Source: an uncultured Chloroflexia bacterium
Lineage (GTDB): Bacteria; Chloroflexota; Limnocylindria; Limnocylindrales; CSP1-4
NCBI GenBank assembly: GCA_963720755.1
Contig: CAVRGP010000002.1
Span: forward strand, 352,001 to 416,000
Length of the DNA stretch: 64,000 nt
Direction of reading: 5' to 3'
Position numbers and translations under genes: made by a program. Below, piece by piece: positions 43,836-55,032 of the stretch. A model generated the notes under the pieces. That model did not search any database. It had not been told where the DNA came from and was given only the letters and a program-made list of their open reading frames with translations. Within the stretch, counting starts at the first letter, position 1, and every line of letters begins with the position of its first letter.

Positions 43836-45208
43836 CAGACGTGGGCGGGAAGGGCGCCGGAGCGCAGCGGTAATCCGGTTGCGGCGGCCGCGGCGAAGTC
43901 ATCGTCGACGGCGATGACCGCGCGCCCCTGACCGAGCAGCAGTGACGCGGCGATCGAGGCGCGGTAGCCGGCAGCGCAATGCACCCAGATCTCCCCGGCG
44001 GGCACCTCGTCGAGCCGGGACAGCAGTTCGTGCAACGGGATGTGGGTGGATTCCTCGATCCGCGATTCGGCGCGTTCCAGGTTTCGCCGGACGTCGAGCA
44101 CTGCCACCTGTCGGTGGTGCCGGACCTGGGCCAGGTCGGCGAAAGTCGCTCGCTGCAGGGTGCCCAGTGGTCGGTCGGTCCAGCTGTGCGGGCCGCCGGT
44201 GGCCGCGGCGGCCGGCCGGTCGATGCCGATCCGCACCATCTCCCGCTGGGCGTCCGCGACCTGCTCGGCGGTGTCGCCCAGCAACGTGACCGGGGTGCCC
44301 CACGGGATCAGCCAACCGAGGTAGGTCGCGAACGATCCGTCGAGGCCGATGTTGATCGTCCCCGGCAGGTGCCCGGCCGCGAAGGCGGTGCGGTCCCGCA
44401 GGTCGACCAACCATTCACCGCTGGCCAGTCGTTGACGCAGCTCGGTCGGATCGGCGCGCCGGACCGGGCTCAGGTCGGGTTCCAGCGGGCCGGCGGCGTT
44501 GGCCGGTCCCATCTGCGCGTAATACCGCGGGAACGCATCGAGCCCGGCGAGAAGCTCTGACACATAACGCTCCTCGTCCTGAGTGAGGGCGGGGTTGGTG
44601 TGGATCTGCTGGCCGATGGTCGAGGCGGTGGCAGCCGACTGGGTGGCCGAGCAGAAGCTCCCGAATCCGTGGGTGGGGAGCAGTTCGGTGTGCTCGGGCA
44701 GTTCGGCGGCGAGTCGGTGCGCGGACGCGTACTGGTGGCGGACCAGTTCGTGCGTGTGGGTCGGCCCGAGCAGGTCGGGCCGGCCCGTCGAGTCGAACAA
44801 CAACGATCCGCCGGAGAACACCGCGATGGTCGCACCGTGTTGTTCGAGCACGTAGGACAGATGGGTGAAGGTATGGCCGGGGGTGGCCAGCACGCGGACC
44901 CGCAGCGAGTCGCCCACGTCGATCAGGTCCCCGTCGCGCACGCCTGTTCGTTGGTAGCCGACCTGGTCGGCACTGTTGACGTGGTATCGCGCTCCGGTGC
45001 GCCGGGCCAGTGCGAGGCCGCCGGTGACGTAGTCGTTGTGCAGGTGGGTCTCGAAGACGTGGGTGATCCGAACACCCGCCTCGACCGCGAGTGCCAGGAC
45101 CCGGTCGATGTCGCGCTGTGGGTCGACGACCAGTGCGACCGTGCCGTCATGGACGAGGTAGCTGCGGTCGCCCAGGGTAGGGGTTTCGATCGGGACGATG
45201 GTCGCCAT
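43835..45208 (-). CDS. MBL-fold persulfide dioxygenase fused to two rhodanese domains (CstB-like)
   Basis: ETHLHNDY, TPGHT, GRPDL, PTHGFGSFC, HCAAGYRA. Confidence 0.88.
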   Translation of the reverse strand: MATIVPIETPTLGDRSYLVHDGTVALVVDPQRDIDRVLALAVEAGVRITHVFETHLHNDYVTGGLALARRTGARYHVNSADQVGYQRTGVRDGDLIDVGDSLRVRVLATPGHTFTHLSYVLEQHGATIAVFSGGSLLFDSTGRPDLLGPTHTHELVRHQYASAHRLAAELPEHTELLPTHGFGSFCSATQSAATASTIGQQIHTNPALTQDEERYVSELLAGLDAFPRYYAQMGPANAAGPLEPDLSPVRRADPTELRQRLASGEWLVDLRDRTAFAAGHLPGTINIGLDGSFATYLGWLIPWGTPVTLLGDTAEQVADAQREMVRIGIDRPAAAATGGPHSWTDRPLGTLQRATFADLAQVRHHRQVAVLDVRRNLERAESRIEESTHIPLHELLSRLDEVPAGEIWVHCAAGYRASIAASLLLGQGRAVIAVDDDFAAAAATGLPLRSGALPAHV

Positions 45209-45272
45209 GGGTGCGCTCCTGGATGTCGTGGTCGGCGGATGGTGTCGGGCAGGGGGAGACCGCGCCCGATCC

Positions 45273-45412
45273 GATACCCCGGGGGGTATCAATCGATCCA
45301 ACGATACCGGGTGGCGGCCTGTTCCGCCCGGAAGGAATATACCCAGTGGGGTATATCACCGGCACGCATGGAACAGCCGACCACTGGCCCGCGCTGATAC
45401 CCCTAGAGGTAT
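45273..45412. promoter_or_regulatory. Three CsoR/CstR-type operators (ATACC-N6-GGTAT)
   Basis: GATACCCCGGGGGGTATC 45273-90; ATATACCCAGTGGGGTATAT 45337-56; ATACCCCTAGAGGTAT 45397-412. Confidence 0.8.
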
Positions 45413-45438
45413 TGTCGAGCGAACGAGAGGACCTACGG

Positions 45439-46204
<766 letters not shown>

Positions 46205-46283
46205 GCGATGAGTTCGCCGTGGTGTGGGTGTCTGCCAGTGAGTCGACCAACACTGTGCGGGCATCCGACCCGGAGGAGACCGA

Positions 46284-46808
46284 ATGACGACCTCAGCAGC
46301 GGGAGCGGCGCCAACCACCGACCTGGATGCGCGCTACAGCGAACCAGAGGCAACGGCGATGGCGTGGGAATACGCGTGCGAGCGCTGGCAGCAGGCGGAG
46401 CTGTACTGGTTGTCCACCGTCCGCCCGGACGGCCGGCCGCATGTGACGCCGTTGATCGCGGTGTGGCACGACGGTGCGTCGTACTTCTGCACCGGGCCGC
46501 AGGAGCGGAAGGCGCGCAATTTACGCGAGAACGCCAACGTGGTGCTGATGACCGGTTCCAACGCGCTGGATCTGGGACTGGACCTGGTGGTCGAGGGAAA
46601 GGCGCTGCGGGAGAGGGACTTCGCCACCCTGCTGCAGGTAGCCGATGGCTATCTGAGTAAGTACGGGCCGGGCTGGCATTTCCGCGTCGAGGACGGGACC
46701 TTCGTCGGTGACGGCGGCTCGGCGTGGGTGTACCGGGTGGAACCGCAGATCGCGTTCGGGTTCGCCAAGGGCGCCTACAGCCAGACCCGCTGGCGGTTCG
46801 GCGGCTGA
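46284..46808 (+). CDS. Pyridoxamine 5'-phosphate oxidase-family (flavin/F420) protein
   Basis: YWLSTVRPDGRPHVTP, KARNL, SQTRWRF. Confidence 0.85.
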   Translation: MTTSAAGAAPTTDLDARYSEPEATAMAWEYACERWQQAELYWLSTVRPDGRPHVTPLIAVWHDGASYFCTGPQERKARNLRENANVVLMTGSNALDLGLDLVVEGKALRERDFATLLQVADGYLSKYGPGWHFRVEDGTFVGDGGSAWVYRVEPQIAFGFAKGAYSQTRWRFGG

Positions 46809-46874
46809 ACGCCGGCTCACCGAGGCGGCACGACAGCGGCTCGGGTGGTCCCGAAAGAGCACCGTGCGGCCGTG

Positions 46875-47684
46875 TCAGCCCACTCGGCAGCGGATCTCGC
46901 CATGCAGGATGGCGAACCAGCCATCGTTCTGGGCGGCCCATTCCCGCCACCCCTGGGCGATGTCCTCCAACTCGGGTCGGTCGCTGAACCCGCCGTCGAC
47001 GGCCTGGATGGCGATCGCCGACTCGGTGATCCGCTCCGCCCAGCTGCCGCCCCACCAGGCGCGCTCGTCGGCCGAGGAATAGGACCAGGCGGTGGCCGAG
47101 CCGGTGACGTCGACGAGCCCGGCGGCGTGCGCCCACGCCACCAGCCGGCGTCCCGCGTCGGGCTGCGCACCGTTCGCCAGGGCGACCTGGTGGTACAGCT
47201 GGAGCCAGCGGTCCAATCGTGGGTCGGCGGGGTACCAACTCATCGCCGCGTAGTCGGCGTCCCGCGCGGCCACCATTCCGCCGGAACGGCAGACACGGGC
47301 CATTTCCCGCAGCGCCGCCACCGGGTCGGTCAGGTGCTGCAGCACCTGATGCGCGTGGACGACGTCGAAGCTGTTGTCCGGGAAGTCGAGCTGGTACACA
47401 TCGCCGACAGTGAAACCGACGTTGTGCGCGCCCTCGTCGGCCGCGGCCTGCCGGGCCACCACCAGTGGTGCGACTTCGCGATCGACCCCGACGGTCTGCC
47501 CCGGGGCCACCAGCCTTGCCAAACCGAGGGTGATACTCCCGGGGCCGCAACCGATGTCGAGTACTCGTTGCCCGGATGTCAGATGGGGCAGCAGGTACCC
47601 GGCGGAATTCTCCACCGTCCGCCGATTGTGCGATCGCAGCACGCTCGGGTGGTGGCCGTGGGTGTACGTCTCGGCCGGTGTCAT
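46875..47684 (-). CDS. Class I SAM-dependent methyltransferase
   Basis: YTHGHH, VLDIGCGPGSIT, FDVVHAHQVLQH. Confidence 0.88.
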   Translation of the reverse strand: MTPAETYTHGHHPSVLRSHNRRTVENSAGYLLPHLTSGQRVLDIGCGPGSITLGLARLVAPGQTVGVDREVAPLVVARQAAADEGAHNVGFTVGDVYQLDFPDNSFDVVHAHQVLQHLTDPVAALREMARVCRSGGMVAARDADYAAMSWYPADPRLDRWLQLYHQVALANGAQPDAGRRLVAWAHAAGLVDVTGSATAWSYSSADERAWWGGSWAERITESAIAIQAVDGGFSDRPELEDIAQGWREWAAQNDGWFAILHGEIRCRVG

Positions 47685-47775
47685 ACCCGCATCCTGCTCC
47701 GGTCGCCGGTCAGCCGTCCACCGGGCAGGGGAAGGGCGGCGGTCAATGCCGGAGGTTTGCGGCGAGAGGGCGGCG

Positions 47776-48111
47776 TCAGGCAGGCTGTGCGACCAACGGG
47801 CGATCGACCGGGTCCAGCCGGCCCGAGCGCTTCGCCCAGATCTCGAACCACAGGGTGAAGAACGGGGGGATCGAGGCGGCCAACGCGAAGAAGGTGGTCC
47901 ACAGCGACCAACGCTGCACCCGGGCCGTGACCAGTGCGATCACGATGTACAGCACGAAAACTCCGCCGTGGATCGGGCCGAACACCTTCACGCCGACTTC
48001 GCTGGTTTCGGCGATCCACTTGACGTACATCCCGACGAGCAGGCCCAACCAGGTCAGCGCCTCCACGACGGCGATGATGCGGAACGCAGAAACAATGCGG
48101 GAGTTCATCAT
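47776..48111 (-). CDS. DUF3817 small membrane protein
   Basis: FRIIAVVEALTW, GPIHG, ASIPPFFTL. Confidence 0.8.
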   Translation of the reverse strand: MMNSRIVSAFRIIAVVEALTWLGLLVGMYVKWIAETSEVGVKVFGPIHGGVFVLYIVIALVTARVQRWSLWTTFFALAASIPPFFTLWFEIWAKRSGRLDPVDRPLVAQPA

Positions 48112-48124
48112 TCGAGTCTCCCAT

Positions 48125-48161
48125 GGGGTGACGGGCCGTTCGGTGCGAGCCGCGTCACCCC
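48125..48161. terminator. Hairpin downstream of msrB
   Basis: GGGGTGACG...CGTCACCCC. Confidence 0.4.
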
Positions 48162-48172
48162 CGGGGGCCGGA

Positions 48173-48610
48173 TCAGGCCTGCTCGACCGGCTCGAGCTGC
48201 AACGAGACGCCGTTGATGCAGTAGCGGTCGTTCGTCGGCGTGGGGTACCCCTCGCCGGAGAACACGTGACCCAGGTGTGAACCGCAGGTCGCGCAGCGGA
48301 CCTCCGTGCGGACCGAACCGAACGAACGGTCCTCGATCAGCTCGACCCGATCCTCCGCCAGCGGGGTGTAGAACGCCGGCCAACCGCAGTGCGCGTCGAA
48401 CTTGTGCTCGCTGCGGAACAGCTCGGAGCCGCAGCCCCGACATTTGTAGACACCGACGGTCTTGTCGGTCTCGTACGAGCTGGAGAACGGCCGCTCGGTG
48501 CCGGCCTGCCGCAGCACCCGGTACTCCTGCGAGCTGAGCTCTTCACGCCACTGGTCGTCGGTCTTGTTCACGGTGTAGTTGTCGGTGGACTTCATGCCTT
48601 TCATCGTCAT
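48173..48610 (-). CDS. msrB: Peptide-methionine (R)-S-oxide reductase
   Basis: GTERPF, CRGC, CGWPAF, CATCGSHLGHVF, RYCIN. Confidence 0.95.
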   Translation of the reverse strand: MTMKGMKSTDNYTVNKTDDQWREELSSQEYRVLRQAGTERPFSSSYETDKTVGVYKCRGCGSELFRSEHKFDAHCGWPAFYTPLAEDRVELIEDRSFGSVRTEVRCATCGSHLGHVFSGEGYPTPTNDRYCINGVSLQLEPVEQA

Positions 48611-48704
48611 GTCTGTGTCAACAAGGCGCCGCGCCCGGACGTTCCCGGGCCTGTCTTACCGGTCTGTCATAGGTGCGCTTACGGGTTTGTAATAGGTTGC
48701 GGGA

Positions 48705-49775
48705 ATGGCACGGACGACTCCGGCGGTCGAACTCGAGGTGGGCGACCGCCTGGTGCGGGTCAGCAACCCGGACAAGGTGTACTTCGCCGAGCGCGGGCTG
48801 ACCAAGCTGGACGTGGTGAAGTACTTCCTGTCGGTGGGTGACGGCATCCTGGGTGCGCTGCGGGACCGGCCGACCACGCTGGAACGCTGGCCCAGCGGGT
48901 TCTTCGAGGGCGCCAAGCTCTCCACCAGGGCGGACAACCGCGGCGACGCGTTTTACCAGAAGCGGGTGCCGCAGGGCGCGCCCGACTACGTCAGCACCGC
49001 CACCATCACCTTCCCCAGCGGCCGGACCGCCGACGAGATCTGCCCGACCGAGCTCGCCGTCGTCGCCTACTGCGCGAACCTCGGCACCCTGACGTTCCAT
49101 CCGTGGCCGGTGCGCAGCGGCAACGTCGACCAGCCGGACCAGCTGCGGATCGACCTCGACCCGCAGCCGGGCACCGACTTCTCGCACGCGGCCCGGGTCG
49201 CCGGCGCAGGCGCGGGCGCTGCTCACCGAACTTGGCATGCAGGGGTTCCCGAAAACCTCCGGCGGCCGCGGCCTGCACCTGTACGTGCCGATCGAGCCGC
49301 GGTGGACGTTCGTGCAGGCCCGGCGGGCGGTGATCGCGTTCGGCCGCGAGCTGGAACGACGGATGCCCGATGCAGGTGACGGTGAACTGGTGGAAGGAGG
49401 AGCGCGGGCGAGCGGATCTTCATCGACTTCAACCAGATGGCCAGGGACCGGACCATCGCGTCGGCCTACTCGGTGCGGGCGAACCTGCGGGCCCGGGTGT
49501 CGGCGCCGCTGACCTGGGACGAGGTGCCGGAGGTGGTGCCGAACGACTTCGACGTCATCTCGATGCCGGCCCGGTTCGCGCAGGTCGGTGACCTGCACGC
49601 CGCCGTGGCGCAGCAGGCGTACTCGTTGGAGCCGCTGCTGGAGATGTCGGAGCGGGACGAGCGAGACCACGGCCTGGGCGACATGCCCTATCCGCCGGAG
49701 TACCCGAAGATGCCGGGCGAGCCGCCCCGGGTGCAGCCCAGCAGGAAGAACGCGGCGAACTGGGAATCCAGCTGA
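48705..49775 (+). CDS. LigD-type primase-polymerase, Prim-PolC-like (frameshifts near 49205-49410)
   Basis: SNPDKVYF, FYQKR, RIDLDP, KTSGGRGLH, IFIDFNQ, YPPEYPKMPGEPPRVQPS. Confidence 0.88.
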
Positions 49776-49797
49776 CTTCATGCGGCCGAGTCGCCGG

Positions 49798-50634
49798 TCA
49801 GCGCCGCCGGTTGGCCGCCCAGGCGAAGCAGTAGACCCCGAACAGCACCAGGCCGAAGGCCTTGAGCAGCAGCAGCGCGCCGCCGGCGGGGGAGAGGTTG
49901 AGCAGCCGGAATACGGTCTGCAGTCCGGGTGGCCCGGTCCGGCCGTCGATGCCGGTGACGATCATCAGGGCGCCGACGATGCCGAACGTGATGCCCTTAC
50001 CGATGAATCCGGCCTGGCCGAGCAGCACGACCTTGCTGTTGACGCCGACCTTCAGGTCGTCGACGAAGCTGCGCCGGATGCCGCGGTAGATCGCCCGGAC
50101 CGCGATCACGATCAGGATGACGCCGACCAGGACGACGGCGACCCGGATCAACGCCTCCTCGAACGACGTCTAGTTGTCCTCCTCGAGCCGGCCCTCCCGG
50201 GCTGCCCGGCCGGCCAGCGCCACCCGGGCGGCACTGATCCCCACCGTCAGGTAGGCGATCGCGCTGAACGTCGAACCGAGCCGGCCGAACACCTTGCTGA
50301 ACCTGGCCTCGTCAGGCACCCGGCGCCAGATGGTCTCGAACACCTGCCAGAGGGTGAGCGCCGCGAGGCCGAATGCGGTCACCCACAGCAGTCCCTCGCC
50401 GACCGGTGTCTGCGCGAGCGCCGCCAGCGCGGCGTCCTGCGAATCGTTGCCCCGCCCGGTCCAGGCGATCCGCACCGCGATCCAGGCGATCAGCAGGTGC
50501 ACGATGCCGTAGGTGACCAGGCCGACCCCGACGATCACGTCGAAGCCGGTGCTCTGGTGGATCCGCCGGCCCTGCCGGCCGGCCGCGGCGATGATCTTCG
50601 GGTGCTGGCCGACCTGCTCGCCCTGCTCGGCCAT
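49798..50634 (-). CDS. DUF1206 membrane protein interrupted by one in-frame TAG (50170-50172)
   Basis: GLVTYGIVHLLIAWIA and GFIGKG..FG repeats; both halves in the same frame. Confidence 0.7.
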
Positions 50635-50796
50635 GCCGCCCCCTCCTGCGCCCGCGATGCGACCAGCACATTCGCGGCGGTCCCCACCCGGCGCCGACCT
50701 CGGACAAGTATGGCCAACCTGCCCGTGTCGGGGCTGTGAAAACGGGGGTTGTCGTACTCAATGCAGGCTGGCGGAGCGGGTGGACGACAATGCCCG

Positions 50797-51232
50797 ATGG
50801 ACGGATCGAACCTCGCCCTGGCCGCGTGTTCGAGTGAGGCATTGCTGACGGCCACTCACCGACCGAGACTGGACGGCGTCGATCCCGGAGATGGAATGGA
50901 CGGTGTCGGTCGCTGTCGTGCACTTCAGCGAGGCGCTGCTCTGGTACGTGACCGATCTTTCGGCCGGACCGGTCGAGGTCAGCGACGATGAACCTCAAGG
51001 TCGGCCGGACTCGTCACCGGACCAGTTGTCGTCACCGGGACCGCGTTCGCCGCGGCCTCGCCTTCGTCGTCGGCGGGTGCTGCCGAGGCATCGCGGGTTC
51101 CACCCTGCAGGGTCGTGCGGGTGCGTCGGGTTTGGGCGGCCATGGGGTGTGACGAGCTGCTGGTGCATACCTGGGCACGCCGCGCGGGGCCTGAACTTGG
51201 TTCGAACCGCCGTCCGCGCTGAGCGACATGGG
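50797..51232 (+). pseudogene. MDMPI/DinB-like protein, frameshifted and 3'-truncated
   Basis: Across frames: DRDWTASIPEMEWT..H...LLWY.TDL, RGFHPAG, AMGCDELLVHT, ARGL, FEPP. Confidence 0.55.
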
Positions 51233-53518
51233 TCAGAACGGTGGTGGGTCGTCTCGCCCGGTGTTGGCGTCGGGGTGAGTGTCCTCGGAGCGCAGACGAT
51301 CCACCGGCGACTCTGCAATTCCTGACTGTCCATCAGACGAGCTGGTGTGGTCGTCGGGGTCCCAGGCTCGGTGGGGTGGCCGGGTGTAGTGGCGGCCCAA
51401 CGGGGTGGTCCAGGTGGTGGCGCCGTCGGGGGTTCGGGTGGCGGTGAAGCCGCCGCCGTCCTTCGCGCGGTGATGGTGGTGACAAGGGGCGCCGAGATTG
51501 TCGTGGCTGGTGGTTCCGCCGGTGGGTTGGCCGGGTCGGTAGTTGTCGATGTGGTCGAGCTGGCCGCGGTCGGCGGGTTGGGTGCAGCCGGGGGCGTTGC
51601 AGGTGCCGTCTCTGGCGATGATGAATTGTTTGAGTGACGCGGGTGGTTGGTAGCGGGTGCGGCTGTAGTCCAGCACGGTCCCGGACACGGGGTCGGTGAG
51701 GATGCGGCGGAGTTCGCCGTCGGCGGCGATCATTCGGGCCTGGTCGGCGGTGATCGCGCCGTGGCCGATGAGTTCGCAGGGGTCGTTGGCGCCGAGGAAC
51801 ACGGTGTAGGGGACGACGACTTGGATGTGCGGGCGGCGGCCGTGCCGCAGCGGGAGGGGGAGTGGACGGGCCGCGGGTAGTCGCGCCACACCCTTGTCGT
51901 CGGGTTTGACGCCGCCGGCACCGGGTGTGCCCGGAGCTGTTGCTGTGCAGGGTGTTTTGTTCGGAAGGGTGGCGATCTCAGACGGGGCGGGCCGCGGGGT
52001 TGCGCAGTTGGCCGCATCGGCTAACAGGCTCTGACCGCCCTCGGCGGTCTGGTCCGCCGCGTTGGCGGGGCCGCCCGCGTCGACTGGGTCCGCCAGGTCG
52101 GCACTGGCGATCGGGTCAACCACCCCGGCAGGAGCGGTCCAGTCAGCCGCCCGGTTCGGGTCAGCGGCCTTGTGCGCCGCCTCGCTCGGTTCGCTGCTGT
52201 CGGCGGCGTCGGTGTTCTTAGTGGCAGGTGAGTCCGACGGTGATGGTGCTGGTGGCGCCGTCGGTGTGCGGCAGTCGGGTGCGGGGTGGGTGGCGGACTG
52301 CCCGGTGAACAGCACGTCACCGGTGAGGATGTCCTGGCACAGGCTGGTGAGGGCGTCGACCCGGCGGTTGCCCAGGGTGCGGGTGTCGCCGGTGAACTTC
52401 CCGGCGTCGGCCAACCCGGTCAAGGCCTCCCAGATCACGGCGATGTTCTGCGCGGGTGCCAGTACCCGGAGCCCGGCCATCCCGTCGTCCTCGGACCAGC
52501 GGGACATATGCCGGTCCGCGGCGGCGGCGCGGTGCCGGTCCCGGGCGCCGTCGGGATCGTGGGTGATGACCCGGCGGGCGGCGCGACGGCGGAGTTGCTC
52601 CCCGGTGAGGGTGGACCCGGGTGCGGTCGCGAGCGGTAGCAGGTCGGCTTCCACCCGGGCGGCGACCTCCGCGGTGGTGGTGCCGGTGGCCCGGGCCAGT
52701 CCGATGGCGTGGTCGGCGTCGATCACCCCGGCGCGCAGCGCTTCCAGGGTGGCGGGTAACCGGATCGCGAGTGCGCGGGCGGTGCTGATCGCCGCGCCTG
52801 CGGTCGCGTCGCTGGTCCGCAACGCGAAACCGATTTCGGTGGGCAGCATCTCGGCCAGTCCCGGGTAGTTCCGGGACAGCAGCGCGAGGTCGGTGTACTG
52901 CTCGGCCTGCAGCCAGGACAACACCCGGGCGCGCGCGGTGATCGAGTCGAGCACCGCGTTCGCCCACCGCGACGGCGCCGTCTCGGTGCCCGTGTCGCTC
53001 ACCGGGCTGGGGGCCAACTCGTCGGGCCGGTCCGCCAATGCGGCGACCAGTTCTGGTCCAGGTGGCAGGGTGGTGACCCGCTGTTGCCAGTGCTGCAGGT
53101 CGTACACCGCAGCGAAGGCCTCGGTGAGCTCGCGTGCCAATCCCAGGCGTCGCGCCCGTTCGGTCTCGACCGGTCCGCTCCCGGGATGGCCGGTCAGGGC
53201 GGTCCAGGCCTGCTCCAACTCGGTGGGATCCCCGGGCAACACGACCCGCCGACCACGCTGGGATGCCCGCCGCCCACCGGCGGGTGGCTCGCGCACCACT
53301 GCGGTGAACGGCCGGGATTCCGGGCCCTGCCCGCTGCGACTGCGGCGACGACGCCGGTCGTCCTGGATCGAGGGGAGGTACTCGGCCGACCTGGCCCGCT
53401 CCCGGACACCGGGACCCGACCCGGGTAGCAGCACCCGCAGTCGTGGTTCGGCGCAGTCAACCCCGCCGGCGGACCACACCGCGGCCCGCTCGCCGAACAC
53501 CACCCGTGGGTTGAACAT
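51233..53518 (-). CDS. DUF222/HNH endonuclease (13E12-repeat family)
   Basis: RLPATLEALRAG.ID, RRVDAL, GHGAI, RDGTCNAPGC..DH..GGTTS.DNL..PCHHHHRAK, WTTPLG, DPPPF. Confidence 0.9.
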   Translation of the reverse strand: MFNPRVVFGERAAVWSAGGVDCAEPRLRVLLPGSGPGVRERARSAEYLPSIQDDRRRRRSRSGQGPESRPFTAVVREPPAGGRRASQRGRRVVLPGDPTELEQAWTALTGHPGSGPVETERARRLGLARELTEAFAAVYDLQHWQQRVTTLPPGPELVAALADRPDELAPSPVSDTGTETAPSRWANAVLDSITARARVLSWLQAEQYTDLALLSRNYPGLAEMLPTEIGFALRTSDATAGAAISTARALAIRLPATLEALRAGVIDADHAIGLARATGTTTAEVAARVEADLLPLATAPGSTLTGEQLRRRAARRVITHDPDGARDRHRAAAADRHMSRWSEDDGMAGLRVLAPAQNIAVIWEALTGLADAGKFTGDTRTLGNRRVDALTSLCQDILTGDVLFTGQSATHPAPDCRTPTAPPAPSPSDSPATKNTDAADSSEPSEAAHKAADPNRAADWTAPAGVVDPIASADLADPVDAGGPANAADQTAEGGQSLLADAANCATPRPAPSEIATLPNKTPCTATAPGTPGAGGVKPDDKGVARLPAARPLPLPLRHGRRPHIQVVVPYTVFLGANDPCELIGHGAITADQARMIAADGELRRILTDPVSGTVLDYSRTRYQPPASLKQFIIARDGTCNAPGCTQPADRGQLDHIDNYRPGQPTGGTTSHDNLGAPCHHHHRAKDGGGFTATRTPDGATTWTTPLGRHYTRPPHRAWDPDDHTSSSDGQSGIAESPVDRLRSEDTHPDANTGRDDPPPF

Positions 53519-53539
53519 CTGCTGATCATATCAATCAAT

Positions 53540-53555
53540 ACGAACGTGTGTCTAG
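53540..53555. promoter_or_regulatory. Degenerate LexA (SOS) box
   Basis: ACGAAC-GTGT-GTCTAG versus actinobacterial consensus TCGAAC-N4-GTTCGA, about 20 bp upstream of the HNH gene. Confidence 0.45.
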
Positions 53556-53872
53556 ATCTGTAGAGCATCCGAATTGGGCCACAATCTTGAGCTCGGGCCG
53601 TCGGGCTGTGCTGACGCATTGGTCGCTGTGGGGGTGCTGTGGGGCCAGTAAAGGGTGCGAGGCGCGCGCTGGGCGAGGCCGTCGATCCCCGTCACAGTTC
53701 CGGCTGAGCTGAGAAGGGTCGCCCAGCGGCGGCGGGAGCGCCGCCGCCCGAGCGGTTGCTCTTGATCTCCGACGCGTTGCTGAACTCTCCGAACCCGCAC
53801 GCACTCTGGCTTGCGGGGTGCACCGAAGGGCGTGTAGCTAGCGCACGTCGCCGGCCGGCGTGTGATGCGCCA

Positions 53873-54940
53873 TCAGCCGCTGCTCAGGACGTCGGCGAGG
53901 TTGAACCGAACCGGCCGGTCGAGCTGCTCGTAGGTGCAGGACTCCGGGTCACGGTCGGGGCGCCAGCGGACGAACTGTGCGGTGTGCCGGAACCGGACGC
54001 CCTCCATGTAGTCGTAGCGGACTTCGACCACCCGCTCTGGCCGCAGCGGCACGAAAGACAGGTCCTTGCCGGCGTTCCACCGGCTGCCCGCGTTCTTCTG
54101 CGGGGTCCGCTCGCCCTGCTCCTGCGCCGCCCAGTTCCAGGGATGGTCGTCGAAGGTGGTGACCCAGGGCTGTAGCTCCTCGTAAAGCTTCTTCCTGGTC
54201 GCCATTGGGAAGGCGCCGATCACCCCGACCGAGGCGAGGGAGCCGTTTTCGTCGTAGAGACCGAGCAGGAGTGATCCGATGGTCTCGGGTCCGGACTTGT
54301 GGATGCGGTAGCCGGCGACGACGCAGTCCGCGGTGCGTTCGTGCTTGATCTTGCTCATCACCCGCTTGTCGGGTTGATAGCGCAGATCGAGTTTCTTGGC
54401 GATCAACCCATCCAGGCCCGCGCCCTCGAACTCGGAGAACCAGCGCTGCGCCTCGACGACGTCCTGGGTGGCGGGGGTGATGTGAATAGGTGGCTGTGCG
54501 TTCGCCAACGCCTCCTGCAACGCGGCCCTGCGCTCGATCAGCGGGGTTTTCATCAGGTCGTCGTCGCCGATGGCGAGCAGGTCGAACGCGACAAAACTGG
54601 CCGGGGTGGCGGCGGACAGCATCTTGACCCGGCTGGCGGCAGGGTGGATCCGCTGCTGCAGTGCTTCGAAATCGAGGGTGTTGCCCTCGAAGTTCGCCAC
54701 GATGATCTCGCCGTCGATCACCGCCCGGGGCGGGAAGTTGGCCAGCACTGCTTCCACCACCTCGGGGAAGTAGCGGGTCATCGGTTTTTCGTTCCGGCTG
54801 CCGATCTCGACCTCGTCGCCATCGCGGAAAATGATGGACCTGAAGCCATCCCACTTCGGCTCGTACAGCTGGTCCGGCGGGATGGCACTCACCGGTTTGG
54901 CCAGCATGGGTGAGACGGGAGGCATGACGGGTAGCTGCAC
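53873..54940 (-). CDS. ligC: ATP-dependent DNA ligase C
   Basis: LPVMPPVSPMLAK, YEPKWDGFR, DGEI, KIKH, SRW, RFRH..QF.RWRPD. Confidence 0.93.
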   Translation of the reverse strand: MQLPVMPPVSPMLAKPVSAIPPDQLYEPKWDGFRSIIFRDGDEVEIGSRNEKPMTRYFPEVVEAVLANFPPRAVIDGEIIVANFEGNTLDFEALQQRIHPAASRVKMLSAATPASFVAFDLLAIGDDDLMKTPLIERRAALQEALANAQPPIHITPATQDVVEAQRWFSEFEGAGLDGLIAKKLDLRYQPDKRVMSKIKHERTADCVVAGYRIHKSGPETIGSLLLGLYDENGSLASVGVIGAFPMATRKKLYEELQPWVTTFDDHPWNWAAQEQGERTPQKNAGSRWNAGKDLSFVPLRPERVVEVRYDYMEGVRFRHTAQFVRWRPDRDPESCTYEQLDRPVRFNLADVLSSG

Positions 54941-55032
54941 CCGCCTAGTGTCCCTGTCGTTCGGTGATGCTGCTGATGGTCGGCTGTTCTGTGTCGTCGG
55001 GTCGACTCCCCACCGACTGTGAATCCAGTTCG

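Noticed and set aside
50170-50172. Pyrrolysine or other stop-codon recoding
   Set aside because: No pyl genes in the window, and other genes here end normally at TAG
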